A stretch of 63,804 bases of DNA, the filler included, from Octopus bimaculoides (Eukaryota): assembly GCF_001194135.2 (NCBI RefSeq). It is 7 parts of 6 records of this genome, joined end to end, with 100 filler letters (N's around TTAATTAATTAA, not from the genome) between each part and the next. Parts side by side here need not be neighbours in the genome. Positions count along the whole stretch, not along the records: positions 20,871 to 38,923 come from NC_068986.1; positions 39,024 to 56,123 come from NC_068995.1; 5 more parts are not named here. One strand, 5' to 3'. Positions 34,030-46,210 of this stretch are shown piece by piece; position 1 is the stretch's first letter; each line of letters begins with the position of its first letter. The translations under genes were made by a program, and so were the position numbers. Under the pieces are notes generated by a model, which saw only the letters and a list, made by a program, of their open reading frames with translations, was not told the DNA's origin and ran no database searches.

Positions 34030-35180
34030 ATACAAAAGAATTGTACCACACCGTCAACCATATCCCTCAAGACATTCTCTTGGAAGTTTATCCTAGCCTC
34101 CCACAGAGTTATAGAATCACCGAGGGAGTTTTCGAACGTGAAATCTCAGCTCCCAAAATTGACATCCTTGCAGCAAGACGCTGGAGATGTCTACCTCTTC
34201 GGTCGGACTTACACACACAAACACGGTGTTCATATCATTCAACAGTTGCTAAATCAATCCACATATTGCAAGTTAGTTCAGATTGCAGTAACGCTAATCT
34301 TTTCTACTCTAAGCACAAGGCCCGAAACTTTGGGGGAGGGGGCCAGTCGATTAGATCGAACCCAGTAAGCAACTGGCACTTAATTTATCGACACCGAAAG
34401 GATGAAAGGCGAAATCGGCCACGACGGAATTTGAACTCAGAGCATAAAGACAGACGAAATACCACTGAGCATTTCGCCCGGCTTGCTAAGGTGTCTGTCA
34501 ATGATGTAAAGAATCTAGAAAAGTCTCTCATTTCTCTTCAGCTCACTGTTTATCCAGATCGCAATCTACAATGGCATGTTAGAGCTCTCATTTTGTTACT
34601 ACGTAATTTAGATGCAGAAAGCTCTATTACTATAGAAACTAACTGTCCAATCTCTTATGCCCCAAACGATAAAACCTGCTGTTATCAGTGTTTATGACTG
34701 CAAACAGCAGACTCTCCAAACCTCCTTTACTCCCAGCTATGCAAGACGAAAGGAGATCAGGAAAGACCTAGACTGATACTGCACATAAGTGAAAAGGAAT
34801 TGATTATATTAAAAGGCAAACTCAAGCAGAAAATTCAATAGTTTATAGAAAGCTAATCAAATCAAGCCAAATTTATAGTCGCAACGAATGACTGCGGATA
34901 ATGACCGTAACAAATATCAAGGACAACCATTCGAAGTTGTAGGATTTGAAGAGAAACGTTCATATTCCTCAGATGGTTAGATCTATGCTATACTGTACCT
35001 AGTATCTATATGTCAAGTATGACATCATAATGCAGAAGTAAAAGTCTAGATGTTACTGTTCAAAATACTGTTCATTTTTCTTAGAATTGTTTCTGCTTTA
35101 TTTGTTGTAATCAATTTACGGTTACAAGAAACTAATATAAAAGAAAATCACTAAGACAGTTTTATGTCTCGAAACGGAAC
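34030..35180 (+). pseudogene. Highly degraded Penelope-like RT remnant split by a family A SINE
   Basis: IDILAARRWRCLPLRSD and QQLLNQSTYCKL resemble (P)ADKG..V..RSDY..LL.D..TY.KL; PAVIS..RLSK; HHR-like AGAC-agtttat-GTCTCGAAAC at about 35153-35177. Confidence 0.3.
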
Positions 35181-35739
35181 TTAATGAATAAACGTAGCCT
35201 CAGAAGTTTCATAATTCATTGAAAGTTGGAAATCATTTCGTTTTTTTATATTTTACATGTCTCAGTGATTAGATTGAGGCCATGCTAGAGGATTTTAGTC
35301 AAATGAATCGACTCCAGTATCTTTTTTAAGCCCGGCACTTATTCTGTCGGACCCTTTCGCCGAACCACTGGATTACGGTGACGTTATCAAAGGTGGTGGG
35401 GTCAAACACGGACACACACACACACTTGTATATATACGACGGGTTTCTTTCAGTTTCCGTCTACCAAATCCGGTAACAAATCTTCGATTGGTTAGAAGCT
35501 ATAGTGTTCAAAGTACCACAGTGTGGGACTGAACCCGGAACTATGTGGTCGGGAACAAAACTTTTTACCACACAGTCACTCCTGCGCCAAAATATTCAAT
35601 TTTAGATATGAACCCGCATTAAAGCAAACAATTTATGCAAATATTTATTTACAAAACCCGTTACCTAAGAACTCTAAGTTTAACATTAAAAGATGTTTCT
35701 CCTTATTCGACATCCGTGCGTCGCCGGGTAACTCTGAAA

Positions 35740-35824
<85 letters not shown>

Positions 35825-35979
35825 TGAGCGTGTAAGTACGACTGAGAAGCCTCTAGAATATTGCTGCAATTGTTTCGCCCAGTCTAACAGAATTATGTGC
35901 ATTCATATTTGTAAGTGCACGTGCATATGATTATACGGATATGTGCGTGTGTTTGCGTGTATCCATGTGTATGTATGCA

Positions 35980-36024
<45 letters not shown>

Positions 36025-37164
36025 GCAAGTATTTATGCGTATGTGCGTTCAGTACAAATATATTTAACTTTGTTTTAGCGTTTTTCTTTTATTTTGTTTG
36101 TTTTCTCATCAATATGTATTTGAATTATTTTCTTTGTCCGTTATGTCTCTATACACTTATGTATACATTTACAGATTTTAGTCTTACGTTACAGAGACAA
36201 AAATTATAGGAGAAACGGGGTATGTTGCTAGCTCTGAAGAATCTCATACCGCCAACCATAATTAACGTATTTCCTTCCGTGTCTGTATGACCTCACCTTT
36301 GTCCCTCTATTATCCTTCATCGTTTTGTATGCCATCTTGACACCAGCCATTTCATCAACACCACCACCACCACAACCACCACAACCACCACTACAACCAT
36401 GAAAAAACTACAACGACACCATCCACTATTACAATCGTAAACAACATCATCACAGCCACCACAGCCACCACAACCACCACAACTATCGCCAATAATCAAG
36501 CTAAGTAGACAGTCATACAATTGTATAAGATTGGCGACAACATTTCTGCTACCATCCCATTCATTGTTGCCTAGGTTACAGTATTTGACGAGCAGACGAT
36601 AATTTTAAGCTTCTAATTGCAAGCATACATTGTTTCGTATCCGTCTCTCTGGCTATCTCTGTCTTCATTTCCATTTTTTTTTTGTCTTTTATATAGTTCC
36701 GTCCATATTAATGTATATATTTTTCATTGTTTTTCGCTCCCTCTCTTTCCCTATGTGTGTATGTGTGTGTGTGTGTGTTTTTTTTTGTGTGTGCGTGTGC
36801 ACATGTGAATGTATGAATGTATATATCTATACATCTATGTATGAAGTTGCATACATACACAGTAAAGGAAAAGAAAATATATACGAATATTTACATCTAT
36901 ACATCCAAATACAGAGATGCGAGTGTGTAAATATGCGTGAGTGAGTGTGCAAATAGATGTGTGTGTGTATGTGTGATTATATGTGTGTGTGTGTGCGTGC
37001 ACGCGCATATATACGCACAAAGACAAGTAAAAATAAACACATACATGCATAGATATTAATCTGTGCATGAATGTAATCATGGCGTAATATTTTTCGCTAT
37101 GTCTCTTTCGATCCTTACGTATTTCCTTTCCCCTTTGATTATTCTTCACTTTTCCCTCTTTTGC

Positions 37165-37210
<46 letters not shown>

Positions 37211-37220
37211 NNNNNNNNNN

Positions 37221-37257
<37 letters not shown>

Positions 37258-37687
37258 TTATGTATTTATCGCTCGAGTCATAAATCTATCAGTTTATGTG
37301 TCTGTTCATCTGTATGTTTATCTGTCCCTGTAAGTTGATATTGATTCATGCATCTATCTATTTATCGACTACAAATACTTTTTTTCTTTTTTATCAATTT
37401 CTGGCATCCGCTTCGACTGTAACAATATAAGAACTTTTCATTGAAACGTCAGACAAGCTTCATTCCACAAATCGCTTTCCATTCTCAGTAGGAGCCATTA
37501 TAGACTTCCACAACTCATACATTGTAAACCTTTTTCAAATCCAAATAAGCGCCACAATTTCCTATTGTTATCCTCTGAGTTTCTGTGCTTTCTATGGCGG
37601 CTTTCAAGGTGAAGAGTTTAAGTTTCGGAGCCGACTGAAAAGTTCATAGGCTGTTGCAGTGCTTGGATCTCATTGGTGAAAAAGCTT

Positions 37688-37689
<2 letters not shown>

Positions 37690-37763
<74 letters not shown>

Positions 37764-38474
37764 NNNNNNNNNNNNNNNNNNNNNNNNNNNNNNNNNNNNN
37801 NNNNNNNNNNNNNNNNNNNNNNNNNNNNNNNNNNNNNNNNNNNNNNNNNNNNNNNNNNNNNNNNNNNNNNNNNNNNNNNNNNNNNNNNNNNNNNNNNNNN
37901 NNNNNNNNNNNNNNNNNNNNNNNNNNNNNNNNNNNNNNNNNNNNNNNNNNNNNNNNNNNNNNNNNNNNNNNNNNNNNNNNNNNNNNNNNNNNNNNNNNNN
38001 NNNNNNNNNNNNNNNNNNNNNNNNNNNNNNNNNNNNNNNNNNNNNNNNNNNNNNNNNNNNNNNNNNNNNNNNNNNNNNNNNNNNNNNNNNNNNNNNNNNN
38101 NNNNNNNNNNNNNNNNNNNNNNNNNNNNNNNNNNNNNNNNNNNNNNNNNNNNNNNNNNNNNNNNNNNNNNNNNNNNNNNNNNNNNNNNNNNNNNNNNNNN
38201 NNNNNNNNNNNNNNNNNNNNNNNNNNNNNNNNNNNNNNNNNNNNNNNNNNNNNNNNNNNNNNNNNNNNNNNNNNNNNNNNNNNNNNNNNNNNNNNNNNNN
38301 NNNNNNNNNNNNNNNNNNNNNNNNNNNNNNNNNNNNNNNNNNNNNNNNNNNNNNNNNNNNNNNNNNNNNNNNNNNNNNNNNNNNNNNNNNNNNNNNNNNN
38401 NNNNNNNNNNNNNNNNNNNNNNNNNNNNNNNNNNNNNNNNNNNNNNNNNNNNNNNNNNNNNNNNNNNNNNNNNN

Positions 38475-38547
<73 letters not shown>
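37690..38547. repeat. (AAT)n array spanning a gap
   Basis: Direct inspection. Confidence 0.95.
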
Positions 38548-38550
<3 letters not shown>

Positions 38551-38619
38551 GATTGACACAATCCATCACTAAGGCAAACATAGCTGACGTAATCCATCAC
38601 CAAGGTCAACTTAATGGCA

Positions 38620-38830
38620 AAAATAATAATAATAATAATATCGAAAAATACCTTAAGAATGAGAACCCAAGTTCGAAATTTCTCCAAGACACCTGATGAA
38701 TGCTGGAGGGTATATCAGCCGAAACGTTGTGTTAACAACAAACAAGATTAGGACAAATATCCGTCAAATGCAAATAATGTAAATAATGTAAATAATGTAC
38801 ATAATTCCTCATCTCTTAGATATAGAACTG
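38620..38830 (+). mobile_element. Penelope-like 3' terminal repeat
   Basis: Frame NNNIEKYLKNENPSSKFLQDT* ends with its TGA inside the hammerhead core; second copy at 11135-11262. Confidence 0.65.
38688..38733 (+). ncRNA. Minimal (dimer-type) hammerhead ribozyme candidate
   Basis: Stem I GACAC/GUGUU, core CUGAUGA (38693-38699), stem II GCUG/CAGC, GAAA, loopless palindromic stem III AACGUU. Confidence 0.65.
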
Positions 38831-39166
38831 TGCAATTTAGCATGTCAAGCCACACCGAATATAGCCATTCCGATAATTCTCAGGTAACGATAGACAGTAA
38901 ACATAGCCGTTGATCTTTTAGAANNNNNNNNNNNNNNNNNNNNNNNNNNNNNNNNNNNNNNNNNNNNTTAATTAATTAANNNNNNNNNNNNNNNNNNNNN
39001 NNNNNNNNNNNNNNNNNNNNNNNTATATACATATATATATGTATACATATATACATATATATATGTATACATATATACATATATATATGTATACATATAT
39101 ACATATATATATGTATACATATATACATATATATATGTATACATATATACATATATATATGTATGC

Positions 39167-39200
<34 letters not shown>

Positions 39201-39266
39201 GCATGTACACATATATATATGTATACATGTATATATATATATATGCATGTATACATATATATATGT

Positions 39267-39305
<39 letters not shown>

Positions 39306-41213
39306 TATGTATATGTATGTATATATACATATATATATGTACGCGCACACAAAAGCATATATTCAATGTGTTTTCGTCAATGCTTATTTTCAATTTCAAC
39401 CATTTCTTCTCTTTTCTATTTTGTTGTTTGTTCTTGTATGTTTTGTTTTTGTTTTTAAATTCTAAATTGAGTTTTCCAGTTTGCGTAAAATCAGAAGTTG
39501 AAATCCATTAAGAAAGTGAATTTTTAGTTTCAGAATCAATCGATTCCTTCTCAGCTTTTAACCAACTTCTCAAGTTCAGTGTTCAGACAGTCACATCCAT
39601 AAAATGACAAATGGGTAGACATGGTGCAAGCTATAACAGTCTCTCTCTCCTCTCTCTCTCTTCATATATATATATATGTGTATGTGTGCGTGTGCGTGTG
39701 CGTGTGTGTGTGTGTGTGTGTACACACGTACACATACATGATAACGAGGCTGAAATTTTGTCTACAGCTATGCCTCGTGTGTATTCCAAGGACGTTCATT
39801 TTTGTCTTTACAGTATTCTATTAAAAGCAACGTTTATATATATATATATATACTTAGACTTTGGTTCAAGTTCAGGAGGTACCAAATTCGAGACTAGGTT
39901 CTGGAAATTATGCAATAGAATTTGTTGAGTTTAATTTCAATAAATTAATGTTTTCTTTCTTCATTTTTCTTGTTTATTGGGGCTTGTTTGCGTGTAACTT
40001 TAACCAATGGAAGTTTTGTAGTTCCCTGCTGTTACGAATTCCATGGTATGGACGCAGACATCACTCGAGTGGTTTCAACACATTCTTCACTTTAAGTTAT
40101 GCGCTAGTGCGAGCGAACACTTCAGGGCAAGAAAGCAAAATGTGTGCACATGAGGTTTTTAAGATGAAATAGGATTTTTTTTTAATTGAAAGAAATTTGA
40201 GGGATGGTGAATCGTATGATTAAGAAAATACTTCTCACACACAGACACACACACACAAAACTTCCACACAGCGAAACTTTTTGTTCACTGTTTAGCAAGG
40301 ACTAAAAGAAAAAAAGAAATGAATAAAACTCGAAAGAAACTTTGGTTAAATGGTTTGAATTGTAATTACGTGGTAACGGAATCAATAGTTTTGCGAGGCA
40401 TCCAAGCTGTCTTCCACAATATTGGCGCGGATGTAACCTAAACCTTGTAAATAAAACTGCATGGATGGAAAATGTGTGGACGCCTGTAGAATAGTACAGT
40501 TAAATTTAGTCGGTTGACCCGTTTAATACTACCTCATGGTCCATGAATGGATTTATCAGAGTCTCGTCTACTGAAATTAAGTTGATCACACAATGTAACA
40601 GCCCAAGAAGCAGTCCTCTATTTTGGTCGTCACGAGTTATGTTGGAGATGTTAACTGGAAAGAACCATTTACGAAACCCATTGAAATGACCGTATATGTT
40701 TTGAGACTAACTGAAATGATATACCGACCGGCTTAGCATCACCATCCGGCCTTTGGTTGCTTTTCCTGAAATATTTTATACGACAAACAGTTAGACTAAA
40801 TGTTTGATGTGGACATAATTTTATCAAGTCCCTCACCTAGACTTGAAGGTTATAAATAGATCAAGGGAGCTCAATCCTACTTTTGGACTCGACCAGAAAG
40901 ATGATAATTGGTAATATCTTACATCTTTTACTTGTCCCTGTCATCACACTGGTTCCATACTGGGGCACTACCTTGGAGAATTTTCAGTCAAATGAATCAA
41001 CCCCAGTAATTGTTGTTTTTTTTATTTAAAGTCTGGTACGTTTTATCGATTTCTTTTGCATAACCACTACGTTATGGGGACGTAAACACACCAGCACCGC
41101 TTCACAAGCGGTGGATGACAAACATATGTACAAAAAACCCCCACACAAACACATATACAAAGACACACACGCACGCACACATACACACAAATACACACCA
41201 CACATACACGCAC

Positions 41214-41250
<37 letters not shown>

Positions 41251-42453
41251 GACGGGCTTTTTTCGGTTTCCGTCTACCAAATCCACTCACAAGGCTTTGG
41301 TCGGCCTGAATCTATGGTAGAAGACACGTGCCCAAGGTGACATGCAGTGGGACAGAACCCAAAACCATGTGGTTGGGAAGCAAATTCCTTACCACACAGC
41401 CACACCAGATTTTCTTACCACACAGTCAAGCAGATTTTTGCTTCCCAAAAAGTCCTGCACTTTGCAAACTTTTCAATCAAATTCTTCCTTTCTTACAACC
41501 TTTTATTTTTCTTTCTTCTTTTTCTTCTTTGCTTTTCTTTTCTGTTTTTTTTTCTCACCCTTTTAACAACAAGAATTGTAGTAATTCTTGTTCTGGTTGA
41601 TTGACTTCTATGAAGACCAGATATTTCTTCAAAATGTTTAATCTTCAAGCGTTGTAACATTTCAGCGGCAGGGATTATTGCGAAGACCTTCACTCTTTGT
41701 TGTTCTTTTTATCGGCTCGTGTTGCTGCAACATCAGAATCAGAGCCAGCATTAACATAATGGAATTGAAAAATCTCCAGCTGGCTTCCCAAATCCATATT
41801 AATCTCTAAAATATAATACTAAAATCCTCGAGTAACAATACATACGGATATGCGTATGTATGTGTGTGTTTTCATACTTAGAAGAACTAGATATTGGTTT
41901 CAAATTTTGGCACAAGGCCAGCAACTTCGGATGAAGAAGTAAGTCGATTACATCGAACCTAATGCTCCACTGATACTCATTTTATCGATCCTACCCCACC
42001 ACTATCTAGAGGATGGAAGGTAAAGTCGTTCTCGAGGGAATTTGAATTCAGAATATGTGAAAACGGATGAAATGCTGCGAAGCATTTTGCTCGGCATGCT
42101 AACAGTTTTGTTAAGGATTCATTGTGAAGTGTTGAGAAAAATATAACAACAAAAAAAAAAAAAATGGTATATTTTGCTCCTGCGAAATTTCGTAAAAGCC
42201 ACCAATCTTCTCTTAGCACGCACACACACACACACTTTGACCTTCTCACAGTATATACTTTTAAAGCGACACACAGTGGCTGATCTCGTAAAGAGAAAAG
42301 CAAATAGTTAAAAATCTCTGAGCGAGAAATATGTTGTAACAGTACCGTAAAGTAAAGTCTATTTGCCAACACAATGTGGCAGTCTTAGGCAGGACGATGC
42401 TACTACATTTTAGCCTCAAGAAACCATCTTTTCCAGCTGTATATATATGTGTA

Positions 42454-42503
<50 letters not shown>

Positions 42504-42535
42504 TTGGTATGTGAAAGCACGTGGTTGGATGTATA

Positions 42536-42851
42536 AAAGACAAAATAGAGTGAAAATACTACAGAAGAGTTGTGTTATATGGTTAAAAAAATCTATCTAA
42601 ATCGTTATGTTAGAAATATGTTATTAAACTTTGCGTATAGTAACATTGTATTTGGAGAAATAACCCGTTTCGTATTTTCTTTTCAAATTTCTCAAATTTC
42701 TTTATCTATATTGTGTCATCTCTTCGCTATGATAGCGGTTATTTCTCCAAATGCAATGTTACTATACGCAAAATCTTTCTAACATAACGATTTGAATATA
42801 TTCTTTAACCATATAACACAAGTCTTCTGTAGTTTTTTCACTCTATTTTGT

Positions 42852-42855
<4 letters not shown>
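42536..42855. mobile_element. Foldback/MITE with ~120-130-bp inverted arms
   Basis: Arms 42536-42665 and 42737-42855 align as reverse complements with a few substitutions and one ~10-bp indel; TA flanks. Confidence 0.8.
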
Positions 42856-42887
<32 letters not shown>

Positions 42888-43534
42888 ATAAGAAGACAAA
42901 GTAGAAAATGCTAAAATACTTTTATAAAGAACATTACACAACCGGTTTCGATCCTTGAGATCTTTTCAACAGTAAATATGAATAATAGATTTTTGAAAAA
43001 TTATCGAAAAATTAAATTTTGGTAAATTTAAAAGAAAAGTCTTTTTAAAGGTATATTTGTATAGTATTCAAGTAACAGCGGCATTTGTCTTGTTTCTGAT
43101 GTCTCTGTTTCACTTGTTAACTCTTGTGAGTTCGATGTATATATATGTACATACACTATTAATGCCTGGTATCCTCCATCTGCGTGTTATATCATCCTTA
43201 TATATATGCAGGAGGCATACCGAGAAAAGATTGAGAATGCGTCAACATTATATATACATAATTATTGTTTGTGTAATTAAAACAATTTTAGCTTGCTTAC
43301 CTTTTTAGCATAAGGAGATTATACTTATGTTCTATGTATTTGTTCGTATGAAAATAAAATATAAAAATGTCTTCGCAAAATAAATATTTTAGCATTTTGG
43401 TTTTATTAAAAATGTATTGGTGTACATATTCATATGGTAAGTTTGACTTATACAGCACAAGTGAGAAGAGAAGGAAAAAAGGGATCACTTGTTACTTCGT
43501 ATCTTTTATATGGAAAAAATGTTTTAGCATATAT

Positions 43535-43850
43535 ATGAAGAACAGTATAACTCACAAAATCAAGAGACCATTTGCAGATCTAACTATCGAGACCCCGAAG
43601 GTTGCCCACTGGACCAGGCATGTATAATAAACTTCGTCATATACGAGGCTGAAGTTACCAGCTTAGTTGCATTATTTTTGTCGATGTGCCGGGAAGAAGG
43701 TAAGTGGTTTGCATAATGTCTCTTCAATTCATCCTCACATAAATCGATGTATCATAAGCCAAACGAGAAGCTCTCATACATACGTAAACAGACCTGTGGC
43801 CCCGCTATAATTTTTAAAGATCTGATAGCTAACATTATTAAAAGGATATT
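43535..43850 (+). pseudogene. Penelope-like fragments: GIY-YIG N-terminus followed by RT thumb
   Basis: CRSNYRDPEGCPLDQACIINFVIYEAEV (43573-43660); YHKPNEKLSYIRKQ..IIKRI (about 43748-43850). Confidence 0.6.
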
Positions 43851-44231
43851 GTCCTTACCTCGAATATGTTGAATATTGAGATTAAATTCTTGCAAAGATA
43901 ATTTCCATCTCATTAATCACTGATTTTTGTTCGTCGTCTTGTGCAGAAAGGTCAGCGGGTTGTGGTCGGTGAACATTTCAATGGGACACATGGCGGTTCC
44001 CAAATATACGTCTAAGTGTCGCAATGACAATAACAAAGCAAGGGTTTCTTTCTCAATGGTTGAATAATTTCGCTGGTGTTCGTCAAATTTCGTTAAGTAA
44101 TAACTAACAGAATGATCAACACCCTTTGCATCTGATTGTAACAGAACACCACCGACACCAGCGTCGCTTGCATCGATAGAAAGCTTAAATGGTCTCCCAA
44201 AATCTGGTGCTATCAAAACTGGAGAACCCAT
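43845..44231 (-). pseudogene. Gypsy RT-connection/RNase H
   Basis: PVLIAPDF..DASDAGVGGVLLQ..NYSTIEKETLALL..TDHNPLTFL..NQ*LMRWKL.LQEF..IRGKDN. Confidence 0.92.
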
Positions 44232-44372
44232 GAGTATGGCTTTTAATGGTACACTTCTAGACCTGTCATCACAACTGAAATTTCGGGCTTTACAGTTTTT
44301 TTCATAAATAGCTTTCGTTTTGTCCTGTGATTTCTTTAAATGTTCTCTGGCAACTTCAGTAGCTTTGGAAGG

Positions 44373-44834
44373 TCAGTTTCGAAAAGTAGATACATGGTCT
44401 AGCGAGTTCAAATGGGATTCACGGCTCTCAGAAGAGCTTGGCTTAATGCTAACATGTGGATCAGACAAAACCTTGGACCCTGCTAAATCATTTTCAATAA
44501 TCAAGTCTACACCTGAAACCGGGAGAGTTTTCTTAACACCAACATTCCCCAAACCAGACACAAAATCTGACTGCAAATCAACAAAATGAAGAAATGCATT
44601 TGAAATTCCACTAATACCCTTTAATAAAACATCAGAGTCAGCAGACGACACGTCCGAGAAAGGAAGGATACCTTCCAACACTAGAGACTGTATTGTACCT
44701 GTGTCCCTAAAAATAGTGATGGGTCGTAACGTGGACTTATCACCCTTAAGTGAGATAAACCCTTTTGAAATAAAAGGTAAGTACCCCTCCTCATTGTTAA
44801 TAATATCGGAAATAGGCTGAGACTTGATATTCAC
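44373..44834 (-). pseudogene. Gypsy aspartic protease fused to an integrase C-terminal stub
   Basis: IFRDTGTIQSLV..LPVSGVDLIIENDLAGSKV, then LDHVSTFRN*. Confidence 0.85.
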
Positions 44835-44852
44835 AAAAGCGTGTGGAAAGGG

Positions 44853-45801
44853 TTATGACTGATTTTTTAACTTGAGCTTTTTACAGACAGAAATGAAATG
44901 GCCTGACTTTCTACAATATCTACTAATAATTGTTGAATGAAAATTTGAATCAGATTTAGAAACAATAGGACTGGTTGACTTTCTTAACTCTGAACCACTG
45001 GACTTGTTAGGATTCGAACCTGACCGAGCTGAATAAATTATTTTACTTGTCCGACCTACCTCGAAATTATCCGGATGACAATAACCATACAGCTTGAACT
45101 CATGCTTATGAATAATAGAGTAATCCTCTGCAAAACTAGCTGCTTCTTGTAACTGTTCAACTCTCTGCTCTTCCAAATAAGTACTAATATCAATATGAAC
45201 ACACTTTTTGAACTCTTCTAGTAATATAAGCTGCCTCAATTTGTGAAAATCTTCCCCAGCTTCTTTTGACACACACCACCTATCAAACAAATTTCCCTTC
45301 TCTCTAGTAAATTCGACATAGGTATCCTCACTTCTTTTCTTGGACTGCCTGAATTTTTGTCTATATGCCTCAGGGACCAGTTCATCTGCTTTTAGAATAA
45401 CCTGTTTGACCACCTCGTAACTCAAACTTGCTTCGTTCGATAAAACCGAATAGACTTTGTATTAATACTGTCCGATGCTCCACAGCCCATCTCAAATTTA
45501 TTAATGCCACCTTTTCAAAATGAAGAAGAAATTTATCAATATCTTCTTTACTAAATGGAGGCACAAGTCTAATATTTTTCGCTACGTCGAAATCTGTCTG
45601 ACCACGAGTAGTGTCCAACTTTCTACTCTGTAATTCCATTTCTGTCAATTTTAATTCTTTTTGAATTTCCATTTCCCTTATTACTTTTTGAAATTCTAAT
45701 CCTAATTTCCTCAACTCAAACGCATCTGTTTTCTCTGGTTTCAACAATGACAAAGCCGAATCTTCGAAAATTTCTTCATCAACTAAATGCTTCAAAACCA
45801 T
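44853..45801 (-). pseudogene. Gypsy gag (capsid related to SCAN)
   Basis: FDVAKNIRLVPPF..FEKVA; YEVVKQVILKADELVPEAYRQKFR; LFDRWC; KLRQLILLEEFKKC; small deletion/frameshift near 45455. Confidence 0.88.
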
Positions 45802-46125
45802 TTTGAAAAGCTTTCTTTTTCATGGTAGACTTAGTCTCATCCAGACCGTAATGCTTGGCCAATTACAACAATTCTGATTTTTTAAAAATCCTCAATCGCT
45901 CGACACTGGGAAATTCAATAAATTCTTCAACCTTAAATTCCATGATTAAATACTGGTTTCACTAGAAGAATTTCGAATGTTGATACAAAATTATGCAGGT
46001 AATATGTGTATTTTAGCAGTGGAAATTTTTGTATATAGCCTTTTTTTTTTTTTAAAGAAAAAAAAAACTCAAATCGATCAGTTCATAGGTGAATTGTAAA
46101 GTTGTTTTATAATGTGTTTGTGAGA

Positions 46126-46149
46126 GTTCAAATCCCGGACGAGCCCCCA
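46126..46149 (-). promoter_or_regulatory. Primer binding site complementary to the tRNA-Pro 3' end
   Basis: Plus strand GTTCAAATCCCGGACGAGCCCCCA is the last 24 nt of eukaryotic tRNA-Pro including CCA; 3 nt from the LTR-terminal CA. Confidence 0.9.
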
Positions 46150-46152
46150 ATT

Positions 46153-46210
46153 TGTTACGATCATAAAAATTAATAATGTAAGAAAAAGGGGTAAACTTCT
46201 GATCGTAACA
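46153..46210 (-). repeat. Putative 58-bp 5' LTR with 11-bp terminal inverted repeats
   Basis: TGTTACGATCA...TGATCGTAACA, TG/CA ends. Confidence 0.65.

Larger units (their letters stand above)
43845..46210 (-). mobile_element. Gmr1-like Ty3/Gypsy LTR retrotransposon, internally deleted, 3' end missing
   Basis: Mini-LTR, tRNA-Pro PBS, SCAN-related gag, DTG protease, integrase C-terminal stub, RNase H. Confidence 0.9.

Noticed and set aside
39024-39340. 24-bp periodic MYTYIHIY ORFs
   Set aside because: Higher-order TA/CA/TG microsatellite, not coding
40610-40690. Kinase subdomain IX-like FWSSRVMLEMLTGK
   Set aside because: Short, no other kinase motifs, no splice signals
41560-41810. Possible exon on either strand
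   Set aside because: No frame stays open between a credible acceptor and donor
46126-46149. tRNA-Pro gene
   Set aside because: Only the 3' 24 nt including CCA are present, next to an LTR end, so it is a PBS
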